Positions 10,652 through 19,840 of a DNA stretch of 64,000 bases are shown here, piece by piece. Numbering within the stretch: position 1 is the first letter of the stretch; every line of letters begins with the position of its first letter. This stretch comes from Eubacteriales bacterium (GTDB taxonomy: Bacteria > Bacillota > Clostridia > Oscillospirales > JAAYXM01). Made by a program: the position numbers and the translations under genes. The stretch lies in NCBI GenBank assembly GCA_045537045.1, contig JAZSOS010000049.1, positions 18,143 to 82,142 on the forward strand, read 5' to 3'. The notes under the pieces are model-generated. The model had not been told where the DNA came from, ran no database searches, and worked only from the letters and a program-made list of their open reading frames with translations.

Positions 10652-10990
10652 TTACTCCCAGTTTTTCCATATCTCGGGGCAATAGCCGATTGTTATTTCT
10701 CTGCCGTTTCTTACAATTGGCGTAGAAATAAGCTCCGGATTATCAAAAAGCTTGTCGGCTTTATCTTCATCGCTTGCCATATATTCAATAAAGCTTGCAT
10801 CATAGCCTTTTGCTTTTTTGTTTATCATCGCATCAAGCCCGACCTTTGACATAACAAGGTCAAACTCCTTTGGAGAAAGCCCAAAGCGGGGAAGGTCTAT
10901 CGCCTGGAATTTGATTCTTCTTTCTTTGAAGTATCTCTCTGCCTTTTTTGTATCAAAGCAGGACTTAGCACCGTAAATCTGTATATTCAT
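10652..10990 (-). CDS. ArsC/Spx/YffB-family thioredoxin-fold protein
   Basis: MNIQIYGAKSCFDTKKAERYFKERRIKFQAIDL is the typical family N-terminus. 112 aa. Confidence 0.7.
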   Translation of the reverse strand: MNIQIYGAKSCFDTKKAERYFKERRIKFQAIDLPRFGLSPKEFDLVMSKVGLDAMINKKAKGYDASFIEYMASDEDKADKLFDNPELISTPIVRNGREITIGYCPEIWKNWE

Positions 10991-11089
10991 TATTAAAAAG
11001 ACTCCATAACATACCTGAAATAGTTAAGATGCTGAGTTGCAGCAGCACTGCCGCGGAACTCAATTCCGTCAAAACCTATATCTGAGTTT

Positions 11090-12502
11090 TTATATCTCTT
11101 CTACCTTGATTGTGTTTGTATTTCCGGATTTTCCGTTGATGATTCCGCCGGTAAGAACAACGAGGTCACCCTTCTTGAGCGGGAGGTTGTCTTTTGCCGC
11201 GCGGGTTGCGTGATAGAACAAAACGTCGGAGGAGTTAAACTGCTCGCTGAGAACCGGAAGAACGCCCCAGGAAAGAGCAAGCTTGTACCATACCGCCTTG
11301 TTTGTTGCCATGCCTATGATATCTGTCGGCGCGCGGAAGCGGGATACCATACGCACCGTCATACCGGACATGGAGCTTACGACAATGGCTTTTGCATCAA
11401 TGTCTATTGCCATACCGCAGGTAGCATGGGAGATGGCGTCAACCTTGTTCTTTATCTTGAAAGAGCTTGTGCGGAAGCGCTTTTCATAGTTAATATTCTT
11501 TTCTGTTTCCTCAACTATCTCTTCCATTGCGGTTATGGTTTCAACCGGATATTTACCCGCCGCAGTTTCGCCCGAGAGCATAACCGCGCTCGTGCCGTCG
11601 TAAACTGCGTTTGCAACGTCGGAAATTTCGGCACGGGTCGGGCGCGGGTTGTGAATCATGGATTCAAGCATTTCCGTTGCGGTAATAACACGCTCTCCGA
11701 GCAGGCGGCACTTTGTGATGAGATATTTCTGTATTGCCGGAAGCTCCGCAAACGGAACTTCAACGCCGAGGTCACCGCGGGCAACCATAATACCTTCGCA
11801 GACCTCGCAAATTTCCTCAATGTTGTCAACACCCGAGCGGTTTTCAATTTTTGCAATAACCTCGATATTCTCTCCACCGTTTTGGGCAAGAAAGTTTTTA
11901 AGGTCAATCACGTCCTGATTTGATGAAACAAATGATGCAGCTACGAAATCAACTTCGTTTTCAATGCCGAAGAGAAGGTCTTCTTTATCCTGCTCGCTTA
12001 AGTATTCCTTTTTGAGAACTTTGTTTGGAAAGCTCATGCTCTTGCGGTTTGAAAGCTCGCCTCCTGCGATAACCTCGCAAATTACATCTCGACCGCTTAT
12101 CTCGGAAACCTGAAAGATGACGAGACCGTTGTTTACGAGCACGCGGTCGCCTACGGCAAGGTCGTTTGCAAGACCGGCATAGTTTACGGAAACGCGCGTG
12201 TTATCACCCACCACATCTTCTGTTGTGAAGGTGAATTTATCGCCGGCAACTACCGTGACCTTGTCGTTTTGGAAGGTTTTTATCCTGTATTCAGGGCCTT
12301 TTGTATCAAGCATAATTGCAATCGGCAGATTAAGCTTTTGGCGGACGCGCTTTATCATATCAAGCTTTTCTTTGTGTTCGGCGTGAGTGCCGTGAGAAAA
12401 GTTAAGGCGGGCAACGTTAAGTCCTGCGCGGCACATGGCTTCAAATGTGGCATCGTCTGCACTTGCCGGGCCTATGGTACAAACAATTTTTGTCTTTCGC
12501 AT
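11090..12502 (-). CDS. pyk: Pyruvate kinase
   Basis: MRKTKIVCTIGPA, NFSHG and MVARGDLGVE motifs. The start was moved to the ATG at 12502, which has an AAGGAAG SD 9 nt upstream. The track ORF starts at 12553. Confidence 0.95.
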   Translation of the reverse strand: MRKTKIVCTIGPASADDATFEAMCRAGLNVARLNFSHGTHAEHKEKLDMIKRVRQKLNLPIAIMLDTKGPEYRIKTFQNDKVTVVAGDKFTFTTEDVVGDNTRVSVNYAGLANDLAVGDRVLVNNGLVIFQVSEISGRDVICEVIAGGELSNRKSMSFPNKVLKKEYLSEQDKEDLLFGIENEVDFVAASFVSSNQDVIDLKNFLAQNGGENIEVIAKIENRSGVDNIEEICEVCEGIMVARGDLGVEVPFAELPAIQKYLITKCRLLGERVITATEMLESMIHNPRPTRAEISDVANAVYDGTSAVMLSGETAAGKYPVETITAMEEIVEETEKNINYEKRFRTSSFKIKNKVDAISHATCGMAIDIDAKAIVVSSMSGMTVRMVSRFRAPTDIIGMATNKAVWYKLALSWGVLPVLSEQFNSSDVLFYHATRAAKDNLPLKKGDLVVLTGGIINGKSGNTNTIKVEEI

Positions 12503-12625
12503 ATATAAATCTTCCTTTCCGGGAATAATCAAAACTTCCACCCAATATATCATATCACAGAATGGGCGGAAGATAAAGCAAAATTAATTTTTTCACAAGC
12601 TTTTTTATTGTGAATCAAAGAAACT

Positions 12626-13555
12626 TTAGCAAAACAGTCCCGGTGTTGAGAGATAGCGTGCGCCGGAGTCCGGAGCAATGGCAACGATAAGCTTACCTGC
12701 GTTTTCCGGGCGGCGTGCATAGCGCTCTGCTGCATAAATCGCAGCACCGGAGGTGATTCCGCAGAATATACCGTCAGTGCGGCAGATATCACGCGCGGCG
12801 GAATATGCATCTTCGGCAGAAACAGTTATAATCTCATCATAGCTTGCGGTATCAAGCGCTTTCGGAATGAAACCTGCGCCGATTCCCTGAAGCTTGTGCG
12901 CACCTGCGCATCCTCCCGAGAGAACGGGGGAGTCACACGGCTCGACTGCTATGACTTTGATTTGCGGATTCAGCTTTTTAAGTGCACGTCCGATTCCCGA
13001 AACGGTTCCGCCGGAACCCACGCCGCAAACAACGGCATCCACGCGCCCGTCTGTATCTTCCCATATCTCACGCGCTGTTGTTTCTTCGTGGATTGCGGGG
13101 TTTGCGGGGTTTTCAAACTGATTCGGAATAAAGCTTCCGGGAAGTTTGCGAGAAAGCTCTTCTGCTCTGCGTATTGCGCCATTCATCCCTTCGCTTCCGG
13201 GGGTGAGGACAAGCTCTGCACCATATGCAGAGAGAAGTGCACGCCGCTCTGCGCTCATTGTATCGGGCATTGTGAGAACAACGCGGTATCCGCGGGCAGC
13301 ACCTATTGCGGCGAGCCCGATGCCCGTGTTTCCACTTGTTGGCTCAATGATAACCGAGCCGGGCGCGAGAAGTCCACGCTTTTCAGCATCCAGTATCATA
13401 CCGAGCGCTGCGCGATCCTTTACGCTGCCGGTCGGGTTGAGGTATTCAAGCTTTGCCGCAACGGTTGCGGGGATTTTTCGCTCGGATATATAGTTTCGAA
13501 GCTCCAGTATCGGTGTGTTTCCGATAATGCTTTCTATGGACTTGTGAATGTTCAC
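12626..13555 (-). CDS. cysK: Cysteine synthase A (O-acetylserine sulfhydrylase)
   Basis: PLP-lysine region NPTGSVKDRAA and TSGNTGIGLA loop. 309 aa. Confidence 0.9.
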   Translation of the reverse strand: MNIHKSIESIIGNTPILELRNYISERKIPATVAAKLEYLNPTGSVKDRAALGMILDAEKRGLLAPGSVIIEPTSGNTGIGLAAIGAARGYRVVLTMPDTMSAERRALLSAYGAELVLTPGSEGMNGAIRRAEELSRKLPGSFIPNQFENPANPAIHEETTAREIWEDTDGRVDAVVCGVGSGGTVSGIGRALKKLNPQIKVIAVEPCDSPVLSGGCAGAHKLQGIGAGFIPKALDTASYDEIITVSAEDAYSAARDICRTDGIFCGITSGAAIYAAERYARRPENAGKLIVAIAPDSGARYLSTPGLFC

Positions 13556-13567
13556 AGGTGCAACCTC

Positions 13568-14314
13568 CTAAATATGACCGAGAAGCTTTGCCTTGACAAG
13601 TGCAAAACCTTCACGGACTGCATAATTTATGCGAAGAATGGGAAGAGATGACTTCGCAGAGAGCATCACGGCAGGAAGACCTTGCTTTTTTGCAAGAAGC
13701 CGTGCGCGGAATATGTGATAATCGCTTGACACAATCGCCGCGCTCCCGCCGCCGCGTGAGTCGATTATTTCGCGTGAGTAAATCAGGTTTTCATTTGTGT
13801 TCGTTGCTTTTTCTTCTTTTATTATCCTCGCGCGGGGGATTCCGTTGGAAACAAGATACCTCTCCATCGCGAGTGCCTCGGTTATCGTTTCGCCGCTACC
13901 CTGAGAACCGCTTACTATTGCGATGCTCGCGGGGTATTCGGTCATATATGTGACTGTGCGCTGCAGCCTGTCAACGAGAGTGAGCGACGGCGTTTCTTTG
14001 TCAAGCCCCGCGCCGAGAACGATTACATAATCGCACGCTACTGGCGCATCACCGCTCATGTCTCGTACGACAATACCTGTCATTACTGCGGTAAACCCGA
14101 TGCCGAGCGCGGCGAGGGCGACGACGATGCGCCGCAGAATGATAAGTGCACGATTTGTTATTCCGATGCTGAGCGCAAGATAGATAAGAAATGCGCCGAG
14201 AACGAAAATCAGAAATCCGGTAAAGCTGTATCCGACAAGGCAAAAGATAAAAACAAATGAAACGCAGAAGCAGAGCGCGGCAAAAAGAGAAAGAACCTTT
14301 TTCATATTACTCAT
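13568..14314 (-). CDS. YdcF/ElyC (DUF218) family membrane protein
   Basis: N-terminal TM helices followed by a DUF218-like core (VIVLGAG..., TNTNENL, SSDYHIFRA). Confidence 0.7.
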   Translation of the reverse strand: MSNMKKVLSLFAALCFCVSFVFIFCLVGYSFTGFLIFVLGAFLIYLALSIGITNRALIILRRIVVALAALGIGFTAVMTGIVVRDMSGDAPVACDYVIVLGAGLDKETPSLTLVDRLQRTVTYMTEYPASIAIVSGSQGSGETITEALAMERYLVSNGIPRARIIKEEKATNTNENLIYSREIIDSRGGGSAAIVSSDYHIFRARLLAKKQGLPAVMLSAKSSLPILRINYAVREGFALVKAKLLGHI

Positions 14315-15044
14315 TGATTTCGCGGAACATGTTCGTTGCGCGGCGCTTATGTGCGCTTCTTGAATGGTAACGATTGATGATTTCGATGCTTTCCGGCTTT
14401 CCTGTTCCGTTTAAAATGTATTCATCAATTTCGGCATACGTTACGCCCATGTCCTTTTCGTCCGTCTGCCCTTCATACAATCCTGCTGACGGAGCTTTCG
14501 TGATAACGGACTCCGGTGCGCCGAGAAAACGCAGGAACTCATAGACTTCACCGACAGTCAGGTCGGAGATGGGGTTGAAGTCACATGCGCCGTCTCCGTG
14601 CTTTGTGAAATATCCCATATAACGCTCACTGCGGTTTCCCGTACCTGCAACAAGGCGGTTTTCCGCTGCCGCAACGGTGTAAAGCGTCGTCATGCGAAGT
14701 CTTGGCGGGAGATTTACAAGCGCATTGCTATTAAGCTCGACCTCATCGCCCATCATTTCAAGCATAGCCGCACGGACGGGGGTTAAATCGAATGTGCGGT
14801 GCTCGATGTTAAATTTCTTTGCAACGGCAAGCGCGTCGTCCATATCCGAGCCGAAATTTTGCTTTGAGTGGCAGGGCATCTGTATGCAGACCGTGTTTTC
14901 ACACGCCTTTTTGCAGAGAATGCCGACAAGCGCACAGTCCTTTCCGCCGGAGTTTCCGAAAACAATTCCCGAGGTATGGCTTTCCTCTATAAGATTTTTT
15001 ATATAAGAGACTCGATCATTAAGCTCTTTTGCATAATCGCGCAT
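14307..15044 (-). CDS. nadE: Ammonia-dependent NAD+ synthetase
   Basis: PP-loop SGGKDC. The start was moved to the ATG at 15044 (MRDYAKELNDRV), which has an AAAGGA SD. The track ORF starts at 15086. Confidence 0.85.
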   Translation of the reverse strand: MRDYAKELNDRVSYIKNLIEESHTSGIVFGNSGGKDCALVGILCKKACENTVCIQMPCHSKQNFGSDMDDALAVAKKFNIEHRTFDLTPVRAAMLEMMGDEVELNSNALVNLPPRLRMTTLYTVAAAENRLVAGTGNRSERYMGYFTKHGDGACDFNPISDLTVGEVYEFLRFLGAPESVITKAPSAGLYEGQTDEKDMGVTYAEIDEYILNGTGKPESIEIINRYHSRSAHKRRATNMFREINE

Positions 15045-15128
15045 AATAAAACATCCTTTCAGTATTATAGAAACAGTATACCACAAATTCCCGCTCTATA
15101 CAAGAAAAAGAGCAACGATAAAAGAAAG

Positions 15129-15166
15129 AAACGTTCTTGCAGCGCAACTCCGCCGCAAGAACGTTT
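15129..15166 (-). terminator. Terminator hairpin downstream of the AEC transporter gene. Copy 1 of a conserved hairpin family.
   Basis: AAACGTTCTTGCAGCG-CAACTC-CGCCGCAAGAACGTTT. On the minus strand the single mismatch becomes G-U. See the partner at 21399..21436. Confidence 0.65.
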
Positions 15167-15170
15167 GCTG

Positions 15171-16139
15171 TTACAGATACACTATAAAAAGTAAATACAT
15201 TAGTGGAATTGTAATAACAGACAGTGTGTGTGATATCATAGTCATTGATGCGCCGGTTTTTGTCTCTCCTCCGTATGCCGCAGGATAAACTATTGTATTA
15301 AGACCAAGCGGTGTTCCAAATGCAACCAGAGCCAGCGTCATAATTTCCTTGCTCGTTCCTATGCCTTTTAATATAAGCAAAATAACAGCAGGGATAACGA
15401 CCAGTCTCAAAAAGGAAGCTATATATACTTTCTTGTTTGATATAAGCTCTTTGAAATTATATCCGCCAATCACAAATCCTGCCAGAACCATAGCAACGGG
15501 GCCTTGGCATTTTCCTGCACTGTCAAATGCATTAATCAAGAATTCCGGTACATATTGTGTTAAGTTGAGAAGTCCGAATAACATACCGATTATTAAAGCT
15601 ATCATCGGTGGGGTCAAAAGTCCTTTTTTAAAATTATCAAAAATACTTGCGTTTTGTTCTTTCGGTATCAATATGTATAAGCCCCAGCTGCTGCACAAAA
15701 TTCCAACCCAAAATACAAATAATGAGTATTTATAGAAAAAATCTGCTCCCCATACACCAAGGATTATAAAATTACCCATAAAGCCGTAATTCCCGAAAGT
15801 CATGGCATACTTATAAATATTTCTCTGGTATGCATTTTCGGATGACTCCGGATTTTTCCTTACAAAACATCTCGACAGCGGATAAGAAAGAATAATGGAG
15901 AATAAAACAATTACAAGCCCGTACAGTATGAGATTTGCATTTTCTGTAAAGGTCTCAACCGTACATTTGGTCATCTGGTTAAACAAAGAAAGCGCGGGAA
16001 CAAAAATAAATGTTTCCATCTTCGCCATCACAGTTCCTGAATTTTCCGGAAACTTGCTTGTCTTTCTTAATAAAAAGCCCACTGAAATCAGGCTGAACAT
16101 CATTAGCATTTGCTTTAATGTAAGATTAAAAATTTCCAT
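15171..16139 (-). CDS. AEC (auxin efflux carrier) family transporter
   Basis: 322-aa polytopic membrane protein with two hydrophobic halves, typical of AEC/malate-type permeases. Confidence 0.7.
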   Translation of the reverse strand: MEIFNLTLKQMLMMFSLISVGFLLRKTSKFPENSGTVMAKMETFIFVPALSLFNQMTKCTVETFTENANLILYGLVIVLFSIILSYPLSRCFVRKNPESSENAYQRNIYKYAMTFGNYGFMGNFIILGVWGADFFYKYSLFVFWVGILCSSWGLYILIPKEQNASIFDNFKKGLLTPPMIALIIGMLFGLLNLTQYVPEFLINAFDSAGKCQGPVAMVLAGFVIGGYNFKELISNKKVYIASFLRLVVIPAVILLILKGIGTSKEIMTLALVAFGTPLGLNTIVYPAAYGGETKTGASMTMISHTLSVITIPLMYLLFIVYL

Positions 16140-16153
16140 ATGTTTCTCCTGTG

Positions 16154-16933
16154 TTAAATGCGCAACAGCCGTTTTGCGTTTCGTGAAAAGATTTGTTCCT
16201 TTTCGCTGTCAGTGAGCAACGGGTCAAGCAGCACGCTTCCGATGAATGTGGCAGGGCTGCAGGTTGGGAAATCCGAACCGAAGAGGATTCTGTCTGCACC
16301 CACCTCATCAATTGCGCGCCGAAGCATACCGTAGCGGTGGGGTCCAAGACCGGAAATATCCAGATAATAGTTCTCAAACCTTTTCATGCGCTCGATATGA
16401 CGCATGAAATCCGGATACTCACCCGGGTGTGCGCCGACGATGATAACATCGCGGTGGCAATTTAGCATTTCATCCATCGCATCGTCATAACGGTCCCAAC
16501 TGTGAAGGCTCACAACCATATTATGCTTTGCAGCCTCATCAAGAAGATGCGAGAATTCTTCGGAGGAATAATCCTCCCATCCGTCAAGATATGGAACAAG
16601 CTCACCCACAAGCTTGATTCCGAGCTTTGCCATGCGCTTAATTTCAGCGATTGATTCATCAACATAATTGGGATTTATGTGAAACCCGGGGATATAAAAA
16701 TCGCCGTACTGCTCACGGAGTTTCAATGCTTCATCATTGTTTTTTTGTATATCCGCCCAAGCTGTTTTTTTCGAAAGAGAGTTTACCGAACCGCAGATTT
16801 TTGTAACATTGAGGGAGGCGAAAATTCCCCGGGTGTTTTCAGTGCTCATTCTGCAAAAGTCTTTATGCGCGCAGATGTTTGTCTGCACATCCCAAAAGGG
16901 ATGTGTGTGGAAGTCTATAATCTCAAAGCTCAT
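16154..16933 (-). CDS. Amidohydrolase-family (TIM-barrel metal-dependent) hydrolase
   Basis: IIDFHTHPF N-terminal metal-binding motif and C-terminal ILFGSDFP motif. Confidence 0.7.
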   Translation of the reverse strand: MSFEIIDFHTHPFWDVQTNICAHKDFCRMSTENTRGIFASLNVTKICGSVNSLSKKTAWADIQKNNDEALKLREQYGDFYIPGFHINPNYVDESIAEIKRMAKLGIKLVGELVPYLDGWEDYSSEEFSHLLDEAAKHNMVVSLHSWDRYDDAMDEMLNCHRDVIIVGAHPGEYPDFMRHIERMKRFENYYLDISGLGPHRYGMLRRAIDEVGADRILFGSDFPTCSPATFIGSVLLDPLLTDSEKEQIFSRNAKRLLRI

Positions 16934-17810
16934 CGCTTGTCTCCTCCGCAGAGTGTGATTTTCGTCTGTCGGTAGACTGCTTTCTGTATTCCTTAACCGT
17001 CATACCGTACTTGTTTTTAAAATGCCTTGTGAAATTCCGCTCATCTCCGAAGCCGACCATATCAACAAGCTCGCGAACCGAATAATTGCGCTCGTTTAAA
17101 AGGATTGCCGCGTGCGTAAGCCGCACATCAATGAGATGCTTTACAAGCGTTGTTCCGGTTTTGGTTTTGAATATGCGTGTAAGCTGTGCGTAGCTTATGT
17201 GAAGAAGCTGGGGCAGAGCATTCACGGTAAAATCAATGTTTGAATAGTTAAGCTCTATAAGCTCTTTTGCGTTGGCAACTATGTCAATTTCCATATCGGA
17301 AAGGGATTCCGGTGCAGAAGAAGACATATTCATAACAAGTATCTGCATAAAGGTTGAAAGCGTCATATAGTACCGCATAGAGATTGGAACATCGGCGGTG
17401 AAAAGCTCGGTTAAAAGATGCGTAACCGTCTGCGGGGATTTTGCCGTGCGAACCGGATTTTCTCTTGAAAATCCCATGGCTTTTGCCATGTCGCGTGCCG
17501 AATCGTGAATTATCGAGAACCAGAAATAACACCACGGGTCAGATTTGCTCGGGTAATACATATGCGTTTCATCAGGCGGCAGGAAGAAAAAATCTCCTGC
17601 GTTTATCTGATATGTTTTTCCGTTAAAGGCAAGTGTTCCGCGGCCTTCGCACACGTAGTGCAGCATGTACGTCGGCTGGACGCAAAGGAATTTCTGGTGA
17701 TCGTTTTTCTTGCGGAAATCGTGGAATCCGATTTGCACAAAGTTAAGGGGACCGCGGTCTTCTTTATTAAACGAAAAAACAGTGTTTTTTGAAAGCGCCA
17801 TGTGTATCAC
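16923..17810 (-). CDS. AraC-family transcriptional regulator (cupin sensor domain plus two HTH)
   Basis: C-terminal AraC signature (...SVRELVDMVGFGDERNFTRHFKNKYGMTVKEYR). 295 aa. It overlaps the downstream amidohydrolase gene by 11 nt. Confidence 0.85.
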   Translation of the reverse strand: MIHMALSKNTVFSFNKEDRGPLNFVQIGFHDFRKKNDHQKFLCVQPTYMLHYVCEGRGTLAFNGKTYQINAGDFFFLPPDETHMYYPSKSDPWCYFWFSIIHDSARDMAKAMGFSRENPVRTAKSPQTVTHLLTELFTADVPISMRYYMTLSTFMQILVMNMSSSAPESLSDMEIDIVANAKELIELNYSNIDFTVNALPQLLHISYAQLTRIFKTKTGTTLVKHLIDVRLTHAAILLNERNYSVRELVDMVGFGDERNFTRHFKNKYGMTVKEYRKQSTDRRKSHSAEETSDEL

Positions 17811-17840
17811 ACTCCTTACATTATAAAATGCCGGTGTCTT

Positions 17841-18713
17841 TTAAAAATCCTCGGGGTCGGGAATTTCCATAACTGCGCCGCCGTTTTTCGCGGAAATATC
17901 AGCTATGATTCCCGGAATTGCCATACGTATACCAAGGTCAACATCAACCGGCGGTTCCGTATCATTCAAGATGCAGTCAACAAACGACAACACCATTTTT
18001 TTGTCTGCACCGCCATGCCCCTCGGCACCTACCGAGGTTTCCTCCGGATACTGAAGCGTTACGGGAACATCTATTTTAGCTTCAAGCGTACCCGGAACAT
18101 CAGAAAATCTCGCAAAATAATGTGCGTCATCAAGACGCTTGGTTTTGTCCGTTTCCACGGTTCCGCGCGTACCTATAATTTCAAAATTATGGTCAAAACC
18201 GACGTATGCGCCGAAGCAGATGAGTATTCGTATAACTGCACCCTTTGCGGTTTTGAAAATCGCAACGCCGTTTTGTGCAGAGATTGTTTTATAAGGATTA
18301 TACGAAACCTCCGGTACCATACACGAAACGCTTACGCATTTGTCGTCCAATATGTAGAGAAGCGGACCTAAATCATGCGTTAAGTATTTGATTGCGGGAT
18401 TGAATGTGCGCCAGTGCCCGTCGGCAGGTTTTTCTTCTTCGAATTTAAGATAATCCGTTGAGTGGAGATATTCAGCCTCTGCATAGATTGCCTCGCCGAG
18501 CTTTCCGGCTTCATACATCTTCTTCCACGAATCAATAAATGCCCACCAGCAGCAATTCTCACCTGCCATATACTTAAGCTCAGGATGCGCCTTGACCGTC
18601 GCACGGAGCTTTTTTGCTTCTTCGACGGAGTTTACCGGCGGAATTTCGCTGAGAACATGCTTTCCTGCCGCCATTGCTTTTTCAACGTAAGGAACATGAC
18701 AAATAGCGTCAGT
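17841..18713 (-). pseudogene. 5'-truncated Gfo/Idh/MocA oxidoreductase gene (Rossmann domain missing)
   Basis: The ORF begins at ...AMAAGKHVLSEIP, the motif that normally sits about 90-100 aa into the family. Family-like sequence extends only about 13 codons further (TDAICHVPYVEK). A stop closes the frame at 18756..18758. The upper coordinate is approximate. Confidence 0.7.
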
Positions 18714-19840
18714 ATGTCGATATGTATGATACTGAAAAGGGATATGTTTACACCATTACACCCGGCCAGTCTGTGCGTATACCGCTTACATACAGCGAAG
18801 ACTTTACACCGCGGTTTGAGCCGATGAACGATTCTGTTTCTGCTTCTGCCGGAAGCTCGGTTTCAGTCACAGTAAAAGCAACGAGCGATCTTTTGGAGAG
18901 CATAACGTATTCCGCAGAGACGCTTCCGCGCGGTGCAAGCCTTAATAGCACAACGGGAGAGGTAACGTGGAGACCGGATAACTCACAGGTTGGCAAAAAC
19001 CACTTTGCCGTAACGGCAACTGATGAGTCGGGAAGGCAGTCAACCGTCCACTTCTATGTAACGGTTTACGGCTCGACCACAGGCGGAAGCAAAAATGAAG
19101 AGACTGAAACTCCCGGGACAGAAACTACCGACACACCTGCGGGTGGCGGCGGTGGAGGAGGCGGTGGCGCACCGACCGACAAACCCGATGATGAAACAAA
19201 CACTGACAGCGGGGAGACTACCGACGACACTGAAAACGGAGATACAGAAAGCGCACCCGATACCTCGGGTGAAACGGAAAGTATCCGTTTCGCAGACATT
19301 GGTAACCACACATGGGCGGCGGATGCAATCAATACCCTTGCAACGGAGGGTATAATCCGCGGAACAAGCGAAACAACCTTCTCTCCGGCAAGCAACATAA
19401 CCCGCGCAGATTTCGCTCTGCTCCTTGTCCGAGCGTTCAATCTTACAAGCGAAAATGCGGAGAACTTTGCAGATGTTTCGGCAACAGATTACTTTGCAAC
19501 TGAGCTTGCGATAGCACGCAATACGGGTATTGTCGGTGGAATAGGTGAGAATAAATACGCACCCCGCAACAATATCACCCGTCAGGACATGATGGTTATC
19601 GTCTATCGCGCGTTACAGAACATCGGTATAGAGTTCGGAGAAAACGTTGAACCGCAATATGAGGACTTTGTCAGCGTTGCAGATTATGCAAAATCCGCCG
19701 TTTCTGCACTTATCGGCGCAGGACTTGTCAATGGTAAGAACGGACGTATCGCGCCGGTGGATTACACCACCCGCGCGGAAGTCGCAGTGCTTATAAAGAG
19801 AATAATTGATTATACAAACAAGGAGGACACATTACAATGA
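18707..19840 (+). pseudogene. 5'-truncated SLH-anchored surface protein gene. No signal peptide; it may still be translated from the ATG at 18722.
   Basis: The frame opens just after the TAG at 18704..18706. The product starts mid-domain (YDTEKGYVYTITPGQ...), followed by an Ig-like domain, a poly-Gly/acidic linker and three SLH repeats. Confidence 0.6.
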
